NCBI RefSeq assembly: GCF_009914755.1
Contig: NC_060942.1
DNA: 64,000 nucleotides
Origin: the human T2T-CHM13v2.0 reference genome, Homo sapiens
Direction: 5' to 3' (one strand)
In this document: piece after piece, positions 14,110 to 26,629 of the stretch
Position numbering within the stretch: the first letter of the stretch is position 1
How the letters are laid out: every line of letters starts with the position of its first letter
The notes under the pieces: generated by a model
What the model was told of the DNA's origin: nothing
What the model saw: only the letters and a program-made list of their open reading frames with translations
Database searches by the model: none
Position numbers and translations under genes: made by a program

Positions 14110-14578
14110 GGGAAAAAAAAAAAATCTTACCCATCTTAGATTCATTTGCTGGGACCCTCTAAATTAGATTGATGAAAGACCTATGAACAAGAGAAAGACA
14201 TACTAATTTACTTAATGTCAGTTGTAAAGAAACGAAGACCTGAAGAAATAATTAAACCTGAGTGTTTTTATACTGAGTTTGATGAAGAATGGAAGATCAT
14301 GGAAAAATGTGATAGGACAAAGGTGTACGAGCTAAGGGTAGAAAGCTAGGGGAAACTCAACAAGGTCTGTTCATTCAGATTCCTTTTGACATCCCTCTGT
14401 CTTTGGACATAAGGATGTTTCTTTTGGCTATAAAAAAGGCATCTCTCACATGAGGGTCTTATGAAGGGGGAGGTCAGAGAGCGCTTCCTGAACCTGCTGT
14501 TACTCAAATTCCTTTAGCTTAAAGTATCCAATATGCCAAGGTATGATGTTTCAGGGTAGCATATTCTGATTCCTGTCA
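14110..14578 (-). mobile_element. ERV1-class LTR (MER67-like)
   Basis: Minus strand begins tgacaggaatcagaatatgctaccctgaaa...cttggcatattgga; subfamily from memory. Confidence 0.55.
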
Positions 14579-14715
14579 ATTCATTCACTCATTCCATGTT
14601 TATTAAGTCTCTGCTGTGTGCCATTTATTTAGTGTCTGCTATGTTCTCAGCACAAGGAATACGAGAATGATGAAAACAAATACAAATTCTGGCTCACGTG
14701 GATTTTAATCAGATA
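14579..14715 (-). mobile_element. LINE-2 3' end
   Basis: attcattcactcattccatgtttattaagtctctgctgtgtgcc. Confidence 0.6.
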
Positions 14716-15475
14716 TAACCTTTTTATTCTGGATGATTTTCATAGCATTCTACAGACACATTAGAAAACATCTTCCTGGAATCTCAGCACAATACAAATT
14801 ATATGAGAAAGACAATTTTATATATGTGTATAAAATGTAACTTTCAGAATATATTGTTTTATTTATTCCTTGAAGAAAACACTCACACAGATTTGTTCTA
14901 AGATTCTATTTGTAACATGGAATTGTTAGTTATGTACAGACACTTTTAAACAAGACTTTCCTAGTACATTACCTTAAGGATTCTTAGATTCAAGTATCAA
15001 GAGCGATTTGGGGCTTTTATTCTCGGCTACATAGCTTCATTATATCTAATAATCTTCATTATATGTCTCTGGTTTTTCATCTATGCACTTTTTTCTTTAT
15101 TCTTACCAATAATTTCGGGCCAATGTTAGAATTGTATGTGAAAACAATATGTATTGAGTATGCATTTAACTTTTTTGATATGTTTATTAAGTTCTATATA
15201 ACACTGTTTTTACATTTCCTGTTTTCAAAAATCAGGGCATGGTTTGCCATTACTATTTTTAAAATATATTTTAGATTTACTTGATTCAATAAAGCACAAA
15301 AGGAAGCATTCCACATTTCTCTGACATCTAGTAAGTTGCATTTCTAGGTCAGTTTTCTCATCTTTGCCTTTAAATAATGATTATAATTGAAATCTTATGA
15401 TGTAATAGTCAAATTGACCTTTTCCTTTGTCTACGCCTACTACCAAATAATTTGGAACAGAAATTATTTGAAGTA

Positions 15476-15925
15476 TGTATTAGTCTGCTTGGGCTCCTAT
15501 TACAAAATGCCGTAGACTCAGTGACATAAAAAACAGAAATTTGTTTCTCACAATTATGGAGGTGGGGAGGTCCAAGATCAAGGTGCTGAGAGGGTTGGTT
15601 TCATTCTAAGGCCTCTTCTCCTGGCTCAGGCTGCTGCTACTTCACTGTCTCACTGTGTCCCTCACATGATCTCTTCTTGGTGGGTACTTGCAGAGAGTGG
15701 GGAGGGAGAGAGGAAGGGCAAAAGGGAGAAAGGGGGGGGAGAGAGAGAGAAGAAGAAAGAGAACACTCTTATGTCTCTTCTTTTTATAATGACACCAATC
15801 TCATCAGATTAAGGCCCCACTCTTAAGACCTCATCTCCAAAACTCCATCTGCAATTACCATCACACTGGGGGTTAGAGCTTCAACATGTGAATTTGGGGG
15901 AGGCACAAACCTTTAGTCCATAACA
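15476..15925 (-). mobile_element. MLT1A/B-type MaLR solo LTR
   Basis: tgtattagtctgcttgggct...cagaaatttgtttctcaca...tccaagatcaaggtgc...ttagtccataaca. Confidence 0.88.
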
Positions 15926-17100
15926 GTGTGCAATATCAACAAAAACTTTGAATGCTGTAGTGATTTTTGTAGAAATACAGATTTATGTATCAGTCTCTTT
16001 CACTTATTAAAATTGTCTAATTATGAAGTAATTGATCTGTTTACTTTTTTTACATTGAAAAACGGATTCTTAATTGTCAACGAGCTGTGAGTTAGAGGTG
16101 AGATCTGAGGAGAATCCAACGTGCAAAAATCAGGTCTATTTATTTGCTGTAAGTTTTCCTACAGCCGCCATTGCCAAATCACTAGCCAATTCTAGCTCAT
16201 GGTTAACAAAGTAGAGATCTCAGAAACTCATAGGGATTTGGGAGGCATTTTCAGATGTTGTAACATAAATAAAACCTGCATTTTAGATTTAAAATATTTT
16301 TATATTAGGTAAACATTGAATTGGTTGTACTATCATTTTTTAAACATTTGGATACTGTCATTGAGATAAAATTAGTCTACTGGGAAGCAACTTTCTCTTA
16401 TCCCCTATAAATTATCAATATGCAAATATACTGTAAGTATAATGCAGAGCAGGGTGCATAATACAAACCTGAAGGAAGAACTTAATATATTGATGCAGAT
16501 TAAAGAATAATCTTATTCTTAATTACCCTGAGAAAAGCACTGATGGTTCCTTATTTCACGTCTCCTACTGTTACACAATTTCAATCTTTTTTTCAGAAAT
16601 TTATCCTAGATCCTTCATTTTGAAATTTTGGTCCACCTTCCCCTACCTGCCTGCCCTGTCTTGCATACATATTTAGTGTAGGTCTTACCTGGCAGTTATT
16701 TAAGGGCCTATGACAGCTCTCTGCTATTGTTCTCCAGGTAGTGGAGGTACTGCATTGCAGAACAGCTTGGAGGAGTTAGCCATACCTAAGCATACAAACT
16801 GTTGGAGACTCACAGAGCCATCTGGGTTCACTTCCAACCAAACATAATCTCAGAGCACTTTTTGCTGGTTAGTTTTCAAGTTTTCAGTTACAATAACTCA
16901 ATCCTTCTGTAAGAATCTGAATGAAGGAAGATGTAAAATAAAAAGAATTTGCATTATTTGGTATGTTGACAAATTCTGAACCCATTCACTTGAGGATAAT
17001 ATAGATATGTAAAATGTAGTCTGGGTTTATTAAGGTGAACATTCTATTTCTAACACATGCAACTCTTTTGAAAATACTATTTTTATGAAAGTCAAAAGAT

Positions 17101-17194
17101 ATATTTTGATAATCCATAATTTATTTGAATTATACTTAAATACACATATATTTTGAGAATTCATAATTTATTTGAATTATACTTAAATACACAT
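17101..17194. repeat. 47-bp tandem duplication (2 copies, 2 mismatches)
   Basis: 17101-17147 versus 17148-17194. Confidence 0.92.
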
Positions 17195-17337
17195 ATGAAT
17201 CACCTGGGACTCTTATCTTCTTAAAATGCCAGTTTGGATTCAGTAGGTCTGGGGAGGGGCCTGGGAACCTGCATGTCTATTGCCTTTCTAGGGGATGCTA
17301 ATGTTGCCGGTCTGTGGACCACTTTTTGAGTAGCAAG
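17195..17337. mobile_element. MER5-type hAT-Charlie MITE fragment
   Basis: gaatcacctggg...gattcagtaggtctggggaggggcctgggaacctgcat...ggtctgtggaccactttttgagtagcaag. Confidence 0.8.
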
Positions 17338-18088
17338 TTACAATGAAATACTTTATAATTCTTCCCAACTTCCCAGAAGGTAAAACCTTTTATTTTCTAT
17401 TGTATTAAAAGTTATAAAGCTTTTAAAAGTGTATCAACTGATAGGAAATAAATCATTGTCCTATTTGTTGAGTTATTGTTTAAAAATTGCAAATTGTCAT
17501 TGAACATTATCAACAAATTTTAAATCGAAATTCAAAATAGAAAATAGCTACAAAATTATCAGTGAAGTAAGTGATGGCATTTGTATGCACAGTGATCAGG
17601 TTACCTTAAAAGTACCACATCTACCAGATGAATATCCTACCATATATCAATAACAGTTCTATACACATGCTGCATATGTTTTTTACTGTTTTTTAACAGT
17701 TTAATATTAAATCTGTGTTTTATTATAACTCATGTTAGTAACAGTAATAATTTAAAATTGTTACCAAAACAAATATTAAGATTATTTGCAAATATTTGTA
17801 AGATTTCACCAATTGAGTCAATTGATGATATCAATTGAGATTGTAGCATTGCACAACTGAATTTTCATCAGGGGCCAATCTATGAATACAAGATGATACA
17901 TACAGGACAGCTTTAATTTAGGACTCTTCACTTTATGAAATTTATTAGATATGATGAAACATGTAACTAAAATTTAGATTTAAAGTACAAGAAGATGTAG
18001 TTAAATTGTGACATTTTAAATAGTCCTGTTTTATAGACTTATAAAAGTTGGATACAAGATTAGAAAGGAGGTAGAATTCTATTAGTAA

Positions 18089-18807
18089 GGTTACTGGTGG
18101 CATATCCCTAAGGGTCTGCAGCAAGCTCAATTCTCACCTCCTCAGAAGAAAGAATTTGACCTAGGGGCATAAGGCAGAGTAAGAGACTGAGACAAGTTTT
18201 TGAGCAGGAGTGAAAGTTTATTAAAAAGCTTTAAAGCAGGAATGAAAGGAAGTAAAGTATCCTTGGAAGACGGTCAAGCAGGCAACTTGAGAGATCAAGG
18301 GTATTGTTTAACTTTTGACTTAGGGTTTTATATGTTGGCATCCTTCCGGGGTCTTGCATTACTTCTCCCCTGATTCTTCCCTCGGGGTGGCCTGTCCATA
18401 TGCACAGTGGCCTGTTAGTTCTTGGGGGGTGCAGCATGCCCAGTGTGTTTACTGGAGCTGTACGCATGCTCACTTGAGGCAGTCTTCCCTTACTAGCCCA
18501 GTGTTCCTAGATGGTCATATACTGGTTAAACTCTGCCATTTTGCCTCTTAGTGCGCATGCTTGAGCTCACTTGCCCAACTCCTGAGATCTTATTGGGAAG
18601 CTGCTGATCACCAGTTTGAGGTTTTCCTATCTACTGAGAGACTGCCGTTCTCTGGCGCCAGCTGTGACCTATCATTATTTTAGAGAGGCAGTTTAGCAAC
18701 CGCCTGACCATCACCTGATGGTTGCTGACATTCCTGGTGGGCGTTGGGGTGGAGGGGGGCTTCTCCTTCCCTGCTCATTTCTGACTGCCTACCTATCTAC
18801 TGTAACA
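18089..18807 (-). mobile_element. MER50-like ERV1 solo LTR
   Basis: Minus strand starts tgttacagtagataggtaggcagtcagaaatgagcaggg; about 720 bp; AATAAA on minus near 18217. Confidence 0.85.
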
Positions 18808-19951
18808 GTGGTGCTAATTTTTCTGACAAGAAAAAAGTTACATGATAAATGAAAATTCTGTGGTTGAGAAGGTGCTTCTGGTGGTAGAAAATTAAGAAAA
18901 TGTGATATGTATTGAAGTCATTCAAATTTTAGACAGAATGGTGAATTTGTGACAAAACTGAATTAAAAAAATTACAGCTCACTGAAACAGGTTGAAGGAT
19001 AGGGAATACATGTGAAATTCATTATTAAATATATTTTTATAACTTAGAAAATGATATTCTCAGTGTAGAGAGCATGATAAATTTATTACATCTATAATTA
19101 CACATCTATGAGTTTTCTGATGCTGTTAGAAATCAGAGATCGAGCTAAGTAAGTCTATTTTATAGTTCACAATTGAGTCCTACAAATGTATGAAAATTCA
19201 GAAGTCAATCAATGGAACAATAACGATCTCAATGTTACAAAATCTGGTGATTGTAACCACATTCTCAACTGAATAATAAGACAACTGCTCATGAAATTCA
19301 TATCAGATGTTTCAGAGTATACCGAAGATTATTTTAATAAAAATGATTTTTTATTTCATTGATGTACCAGTGAAATTCAATCTTTTTAGAACCAATTTAA
19401 AAAGGATTAAAAAAGTCCACTGCCAAAAATTCGATTTAGTTTAAGTAAAATACTGGATTAAAGCAGCACTGCTGGAAGAAATAAAACCGAGTGGCGTGAC
19501 AGCAACGTTTAAGGAGAATTAGCCAGAACTTTTCATATACATTGTCATGCATATTTTTTGGACATTGTAGTTGTGAGGATTAATGACGAAGGGTTTGAAC
19601 TCCAAAACACTCCCAATACTATCAATTCTTTATAAGATATTAAACATGTAGATTTAAGATACTGGCAAACATCTAGATATTTTTAAATAAAAGGAAAGCT
19701 TGACAATCAGAAAGCCATGTGGTTTAGAAAAAGCACAATTGAAATATATTATCTGTATTATCAGTTGTGATTAAGGAACTTCTGGAGAAGCCTCAGAAAA
19801 TGGAAGTTTCATCAAATTCATATTTAAATATGCATATGATAGTGATTCTTTAAATATGCATATGATAGTGAATAAAATGTTGATAATTTTCTAACTTGAA
19901 TTTTTATTTTTTTATTTTATTTTTTACTGTTTTCTATTTGTTAGAGAAGTC

Positions 19952-20389
19952 TTTTTTTTTTTGGGAAAGAGTTTCGTGTAATGGTGCGATCTCCACTCAC
20001 CACAACCTCCGCCTCCCGGGCTCAAGCGATTCTCCTGCCTCAGCCTCCTTAGTAGCTACCGCCTTAGTAAGTACCACTTAGTAAGTACCGCCTTAGTAAG
20101 TACCACTTAGTAGCTACCTCCTTAGTAAGTACCACTTAGTAGCTACCTCCTTAGTAAGTACCACTTAGTAGCTACCTCCTTAGTAAGTACCACTTAGTAA
20201 GTACCTCCTTAGTAAGTACCACTTAGTACTACCACCACGCCTGGCTAATTTCGTATTTTTTTTTTTTTAGTAGAGACGGGGTTTCTCCATATTGGTCAGA
20301 CTGGTCTCGAAATCCCGACCTCAGGTGATCCGCCCACCTCAGCCTGCCAAAGGGCTAGGGATTACAGGAGTGAGCCACCGCGCCTGGCC
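19952..20389 (-). mobile_element. AluSp with internal minisatellite
   Basis: AluSp diagnostics (gagtttcg, gtttctccatattggtcag, cccgacctcaggtgatc); near-TSD gagaagtcttt / gagaaatcttt. Confidence 0.9.
20044..20231. repeat. Minisatellite: 13 monomers of 13-15 bp forming a 29-bp higher-order unit
   Basis: cc(t/g)ccttagtaagta alternating with ccacttagta(gc/ag)ta. Confidence 0.97.
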
Positions 20390-20615
20390 GAGAAATCTTT
20401 CTAAAGATCTTCGCATCAAAATTATAGAAATGTGGTTTTACTCTTTCATCAGTCTTAACCTTTATGGGAATCAGCTAAAAGTTACAGACCTCTTCTTAAG
20501 AATACATACACTTAATTAAATACAAAAATATTTAGCGTATAATGAATTTTATTCTACTGAAAACTCATTTCAAAATATCTATTGAGGACAATATCTAGTG
20601 AAACTTTATTATTTT

Positions 20616-20963
20616 TAAAAATGATGAGTTCATGTCCTTTGTAGGGACATGGATGAAATTGGAAATCATCATTCTCAGTAAACTATCGCAAGAACAAAAA
20701 ACCAAACACCGCATATTCTCACTCATAGGTGGGAATTGAACAATGAGAACACATGGACACAGGAAGGGGAACATCACACTCTGGGGACTGTTGTGGGGCG
20801 GGGGGAGGGGGGAGGGATTGCTTTGGGAGATATACCTAATGCTAGATGACGAGTTAGTGGGTGCAGCACACCAGCATGGCACATGTATACATATGTAACT
20901 AACCTGCACATTGTGCACATGTACCCTAAAACTTAAAGTATAATAATAATAAAATAAAATAAA
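20616..20963 (+). mobile_element. 5'-truncated young L1 (L1PA3-like) 3' end
   Basis: Near-consensus 3'UTR with G-rich tract, gacgagttagtgggtgcagcacacc, ccctaaaacttaaagtataataat and tail. Confidence 0.95.
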
Positions 20964-21054
20964 TTTTTTTTTATTTTTTTGAGCAAAATATTAATGGCAA
21001 AAATAAAAAAATACAAATTGTGCAGACAGAATAAAATAAAATATTTTATTAAGA

Positions 21055-21162
21055 GACCCTGTTCGGTGTTTCTAAGTTATATCCTTTATAATAAAGTGGT
21101 AATAGTAAGTAAAGTGCTCTTCTGAGTTCTGTGAGTCATTGTGCCAAATTGTTAAACCTGAC
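21055..21162 (+). mobile_element. LTR fragment (MER21-like)
   Basis: atatcctttataataaa...gtaagtaaagtgctcttctgagttctgtgag. Confidence 0.5.
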
Positions 21163-21497
21163 ACTAGTGTTAAGTTAAGAAATTGGATAAGAAAAATTAG
21201 AAAAGTTAGAAATGTTTAGCTTGCCCTGAATCATGCCTGCACTATGAGACTTGTATTCCATGAAAACAAACTATTCAATAATTGATGATGGGACAATCAG
21301 CTAGACATTACCACAGAGCTGTTTTTAAATAATCCTCATTTTTCTTTAATAATTTCTGCTAATGTGTCCATAATAAATGAAATAATTTCAAATAATTCAT
21401 ATTTCTTAGCTTCCTGATTCATGATTGATCTTTTGATTCTTGTGCCAATGTTATATCAATTTGATTCCTGAGATTAATGCTACTTACATTAATTATA

Positions 21498-21700
21498 AAA
21501 GTTGCTAACACTTACAAGCACTTACTATACACTGGGTCATATAAAAAGCTTTATATCTTTTATATGATTCAATTTACACATGGCACATTTGAGGTGTTTA
21601 TTATTCTCCTTTGAAAGATGAAAATGAGAGAAAGACATGTTAAGAGACTTGCCAAATGATGAAAATCTCTTTGGTGAAGCCCAGATTCAACTCCAGGTTA
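21498..21700 (-). mobile_element. MIR
   Basis: Antisense MIR core: gctaacacttacaagcacttactat...gatgaaaatgagag...gttaagagacttgccaa...gattcaactccagg. Confidence 0.7.
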
Positions 21701-21899
21701 ACTTATTTTGCCAGGGTATGTCTATTTCCATGAAAGAAAGTGTCTGTCTTACTTCTCTTCTTTAAAATTTATAATTAAGTATGGCCATTTTTCCACTTTG
21801 GTTTCCCATATTAATCTTAGTGTCATATCCTTCTTCTAACAAACCCCTTTCCTCAAACCCCATTCTTTTGTTAGTATTCCAGTTTTGTACTTATAACAG

Positions 21900-23260
21900 G
21901 AGGTTGTTTTGCAGATTTAATTTTGTAATTTAATTTACATTTAATTTTATGGCCAAGATCAAGTGCTATGAGATCATCATCAAGATTTACTGTCTCAATT
22001 GTACAATCTCTGTAAAATGATTTGTGAAGCATTCTATCTTTTTATATCTTCTTTCTTTGAAAGAATTTAAACGCTATGGAAACTAGAAACTTCTTCAAAA
22101 TTTGAAAGAATGTATCTGTAAGTCATTTGGCCCGTAAGCATATTTTAGAAAAAAGTGTTGGACACATGGAGAGGTTTTAAGTTTCTTTGTCCATTATTAT
22201 TAAGCTATTCAGGTTTTCTACTCCCCGTTGAATCAATCACAGAAACATCCATTGGGAATTTTTAAGTTCTTTAGTATAGCATTATAAACAATATTTTATT
22301 CTAATTAAAAATATGAAATCTGTTAAACTCTTCTCATTTGTAATTTTGCCCATTAAATGTTTCTGTTTTATTTATTAGACCTATACTTATTTTTTATTTT
22401 TCCTCAAAGAACTAGCTCCTGTATATTAGTTCTACTCTTCTTTTAAAAAAATGTTTTCTAATTCACTCATTAGAATTTGCACAATTTCCTTAGGCTTACA
22501 AAATTTATTTGCACTGATTTTTATTTTTCAAATAACTCAAGAATTTATGACAGGAAAAAATGACCATAAGTACAGTTTTGCTGTACATCACGTTGTTAGC
22601 ATTTTTTAAATATCATATCATTGAAGTTTTGACTATGCACATCATCCAATAATTACTATATAAGTTTAACAATTAATTGATTGCAGTTTTATTGATTGAA
22701 ATTTTGTCCTTTTTTATTTTCTGTTTTATTGCAGGTTCTTCATAGAAACTTTCTACTTGGGTGGATTTAATGAAAGTTTTTTGGGGGGATTACAAGTGTA
22801 TTGGTTTGTTTTCACACTGCTATAAAGATACTACCCAAGACTGGGTAATTTATAAAGAAAAGAGATTTAATTGACTCATAGTTCCACATGTCTGGGAAGG
22901 CTTCAGGAAACTTACAATCATGGCAGAAGAGAAGCAGCCACATTTTACATGGCAGCAGGCAAGAGAGAGAGTGTGTAGGAGGAACTCTCAAACACCTATA
23001 AAACCATCAGATCTTGTGATAACTCACTCACAATCGTGAGAACGGCATGGGGGAACCACCCCAATGATGTAATCACCTCCCACCAGGTCCTGGCCTTGAC
23101 ACCTGGGGATTATGGGGATTACAATTTGAGATAAGATTTGGGTGGGAACACAGAGCCAAACCCTATCAACAAGATCAAAATTTTAAATCATTCCATGGAC
23201 TTTGAATAAAATGTGTTTACTCTATTTGTGTATGGATAGTGTTTAGCAATTAAATCAACT
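21900..23260 (-). mobile_element. Very old antisense L1M ORF2 remnant (hosts THE1D)
   Basis: T-rich degenerate L1 motifs (gctattcaggttttcta, tttgaataaaatgtgtttactct). Confidence 0.5.
22797..23168 (-). mobile_element. THE1D-like MaLR solo LTR
   Basis: tgtattgg...cagagccaaaccctatca; perfect 5-bp TSD acaag (22792-22796, 23169-23173). Confidence 0.93.
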
Positions 23261-23361
23261 TGAGTATACACTTACAACATAATATGAAATAATAAACATT
23301 ATAATTGAATGTGCTACCAATGTTATTATGTACACTATATTCACATATTCAAGTGCATAAT

Positions 23362-23750
23362 ATTCACTAATTGTCATGGAAATGCAAATAAAAAACACAA
23401 TGCAATATTATCTCACCCTAGTTAAAATGGCTATTATCCAAAAGACAGAAAATAACAAATGCTAGTGAGGATATAAAGAAAGGGGAACACTCGTACACTG
23501 TTGATGAGAATGTAAATTAATGCAGCCACTGTGGAAAACAATATAGAGCTTCCTCCAAAAACTAAAAATAGAATTACCATATGAACCTACAATCCTCCTG
23601 CTGGGTATATATCCAAAAGAATGAAAATCGGTATATCGAAGAGATGGCTGCACTCCCATGTTTATTGCTGCGCTACTCACAGTGGCCAAAATATGGACTC
23701 AACCTAATTGCCTATCAATGGATGAATAGATATAGAAAATGTGAAACCTA
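23362..23750 (+). mobile_element. L1 (L1MA-like) ORF2 3' fragment
   Basis: gaaatgcaaataaaaaacacaatg...cactcccatgtttattgctgc...atggatgaatagat. Confidence 0.88.
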
Positions 23751-25449
23751 GACATGACCACAAGATGACTATCCATACTTAAGTTATAGTACAATAGTCC
23801 TTTAAAACAAAGACGAACATTGAAGACATAATTTTCTATCGTTTTTTACTACTTTGATAATCTCAACATGTTTCATTTTTATATATTTTACAAATGTGAT
23901 GTAAATAATTTTTGTCAACTAGATGGTGACTTTGTTTTTCCATATTAAAAAAAGCAACAAATTTTATGTAAATTTGAAGCTCAAGCCAAAGTTCCTTTTG
24001 TAGTGAAAAAGCTAGTAGATGCCCTATATTGTGGTATTAAGCTATGTTAAGCTATCTGTGCTAATGTAGTTATTGTGGCAAAAAGATTTACAGAATCTGA
24101 GTCAGTGAGTCCAATTAGTTCTTTCCTGAATAATGGTTAGGATGGTACAAATTTACTATTTACCTCCACATTCAAGTCATGCAATCAACAGCAATGACTT
24201 TATCTAAGTGCCTTGAAAGTGAATAAAAGCTGCATCACAAAGGATAATGCTTTGAATTGAAGATTCATGTGACAGCCACTGTACTACAAATAAAATGTAA
24301 ATATTTCATTGAGACAGAGCCTAAAAGATGGAGGATATCAGACTCCAGGTCCCACTGATGCACACAGCTCTGGGAGGAGTGAACCATGACTATAAACCAC
24401 AGTCCTACTTAATGGTAACAACTGGGCTGGAGAGGCCACTATAATTGACCCAAATGACTGTATTCTTTCCATTTTTCGTGGTCTCCTGGACTGATCATTA
24501 TTTGTTTTTTCTATATTTCTATTAAGCCATCCTGCCCAAAGGCAGTGGCTTAGATTCAATTCCATTTTAATTATGGTCCAGTAACAACCTTTATCATTGT
24601 TGTTAATATTGATATATTTCAGTGTCCTTCTAATTTTGGGTTTTTCTTCTACCAGCTCTACCCAATTCAAACTATTCTTTTCCATGTCCAAGATTCAATA
24701 AGCTCTTTATGAAACTCTAAATACGTCATTCAAAAGCATTTGATGGCACCTAGAGAATATATTTTAAGCTCTCCAGCAGGATATTTAAGGTCCTCCGTGG
24801 TCTTCTTCCTAAAATTTTCTTACCTCCAACACACTCCTCCATATACCCAGTGTTCCAATGTTGTTTGCTTTCTCTGGCATATTTCTGAGAAAGAAGGCTG
24901 TTAGCTGCAGTGTACAAAACTGCCATTTATTGTGAAATATCTGATTGTGTCAAACTATTTAATTAAAAAAGACGTCCTTTTGAATGATAACCCAAGGAAA
25001 AGAAATTAATCCTTCTCCGTCTGTTCATCTAGTCATGCAGATTGCTTTATTTGCTTTAGAATAATGTTTTGTTATATGCTTTAGAATAATATGTGTTTTT
25101 TAGAATCAGTGACATTAAATAAGTTCAGTTATATATTTTTGTAAATCATGTTAATGCAACTGTCTGGCCAAAGAAAGTGGACACAAAAATGAATAAATAC
25201 ATAAAAATAAACACGTGAATAAAACTGTATTTTTGATAGTTTTACCTGCATGTGTATTTGTTGTTTTTTATGAAGTAAAAGAAAACAAAGACTTCTGGAG
25301 AAGAACTGGTTTCTAAAAAACACAATATTCCTGTTCATATTTTACAAACTTTGATCTCTAGATGATTTATAATCTTATTTCTACAATTAAAAAATAAAAA
25401 CATTTCAATCGAAAGAATAAATGTTATTTCCAGGACATGGACCAGGACT

Positions 25450-25970
25450 GAAGAAGGATCATTTCAACCAGAGGAAACATTACAATGGTTCTGAGCAGTC
25501 AAAGGTCATGGTGCTTCTGGGAGCACGTGCAAAGTCTGGTTTGATCTGAGTATAATCTGGGTGATACAGAATAGGGGGCGATGAGGCTGCTAGAGTTGGG
25601 CAAAGGAGGACCTTGTATAGTATAACAAGATTTGGGGCTTAATCCTGTAGTCTATGAGGCTTATTGAAAGTTCAAAGCAGGATTTTGTATCATCCTTTCT
25701 GTAGTTTAGGTGAAGAAATCATTTGTCAGTGAAGGAGATGAATTGGAGAGACTTGGAGTGTAGACTGCCAATGAGTCCACAACATAAACTGTTTGGCATG
25801 AACAAAGGAAATGGCAGAGCAAACATAAGATGGGAGAGTTAGCTTAGCACTAATTAGGAGCTAAAACTGATGGCACCAGTTTACTGATTGAATGTGAAAA
25901 GATACGAGAGAGGAGTTTAGTTAATCGAAGTTTCTACAATGAGCAACTGAGTGGTTGGAGTTGCCATCAA
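25450..25970 (-). mobile_element. LINE-2 fragment
   Basis: Purine-rich L2 body motifs (gatgaggctgctagagttgggc, gatttggggcttaatcctgtag, gagcaactgagtgg). Confidence 0.55.
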
Positions 25971-26406
25971 ATTAGACAACAATGTGTTAATCACATACTG
26001 TGTGGGGGGTACTATAGAACACTTGAGAGGTGGTGGAAATAAACAAGACATGCTTTCTGTCATGTTGAATAACTGTTTTTCTCTGTTATGTCCTCTTGGC
26101 ATGAGACACACTTTTGAGACAATGACTCACTATTGGCAGAGACTTTGTCAGATGGTAGGCTTTATGTATAAGTTCTGGTAGTTCTCAATGGCTTTATTGC
26201 ACAACTGGCTTGAAAGTTTCTTTATACTTTTTCTTTAGACAAAGAAAAAGCACCATAAAAGCTGCCCTAAATCTAAAGCAAACTTTTGATTTAACAGTAA
26301 AATCTGAATTACTGCAGTTTTTCCAGCCACTGAATGTCAATGGATCTTCTGAAGTTTCTTTCCCCTCTTTTTGTAACAATTACAAAAATGATTAAAGGCA
26401 CTTCTA

Positions 26407-26593
26407 TGTGTGTATGCATACACACACACACATACACACACATGCACACACACACACACCTGTGAGGGAGCAGAACATGATGCTCAATTAACAATTCTGA
26501 AAGATTAATACACAAACACACACACACACACACACACACCTGTGAGGGAGCAGAACATGAAAACATAATGTGCAATTAACAATGCTGAAAGTT

Positions 26594-26627
<34 letters not shown>
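26407..26627. repeat. Three (CA)n tracts separated by a duplicated spacer of about 50 bp
   Basis: cctgtgagggagcagaacatga at 26459 and 26539, each followed by caattaacaat(t/g)ctgaaag. Confidence 0.93.

Positions 26628-26629
<2 letters not shown>

Larger units (their letters stand above)
17982..21015 (+). pseudogene. Decayed ZMYM1-like (hAT transposase-derived) coding remnant, interrupted by MER50, AluSp and L1PA3-like inserts
   Basis: Manual translation gives colinear blocks LKSFKF*TEW*ICD (18912), KQVEG*GIHVKFIIK (18985), FLMLLEIR (19114), MLQNLV (19232), KIILIKMIFYFID (19325), RTFHIHCHAYFLD (19525), NLSKDLRIKIIEM (20394). These match my recollection of ZMYM1 in order. Many stops and frameshifts; ends approximate. 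Confidence 0.75.

Noticed and set aside
17195-17337. MER5 as the terminal repeat of the hAT-like fossil
   Set aside because: MER5 is a common hAT-Charlie MITE and no matching end was found on the other side
19823-19871. 23-bp direct repeat within the ZMYM1-like remnant
   Set aside because: Ordinary slippage duplication after pseudogenisation
20044-20231. CRISPR-like repeat array
   Set aside because: No unique spacers, primate context, and units derive from the host Alu
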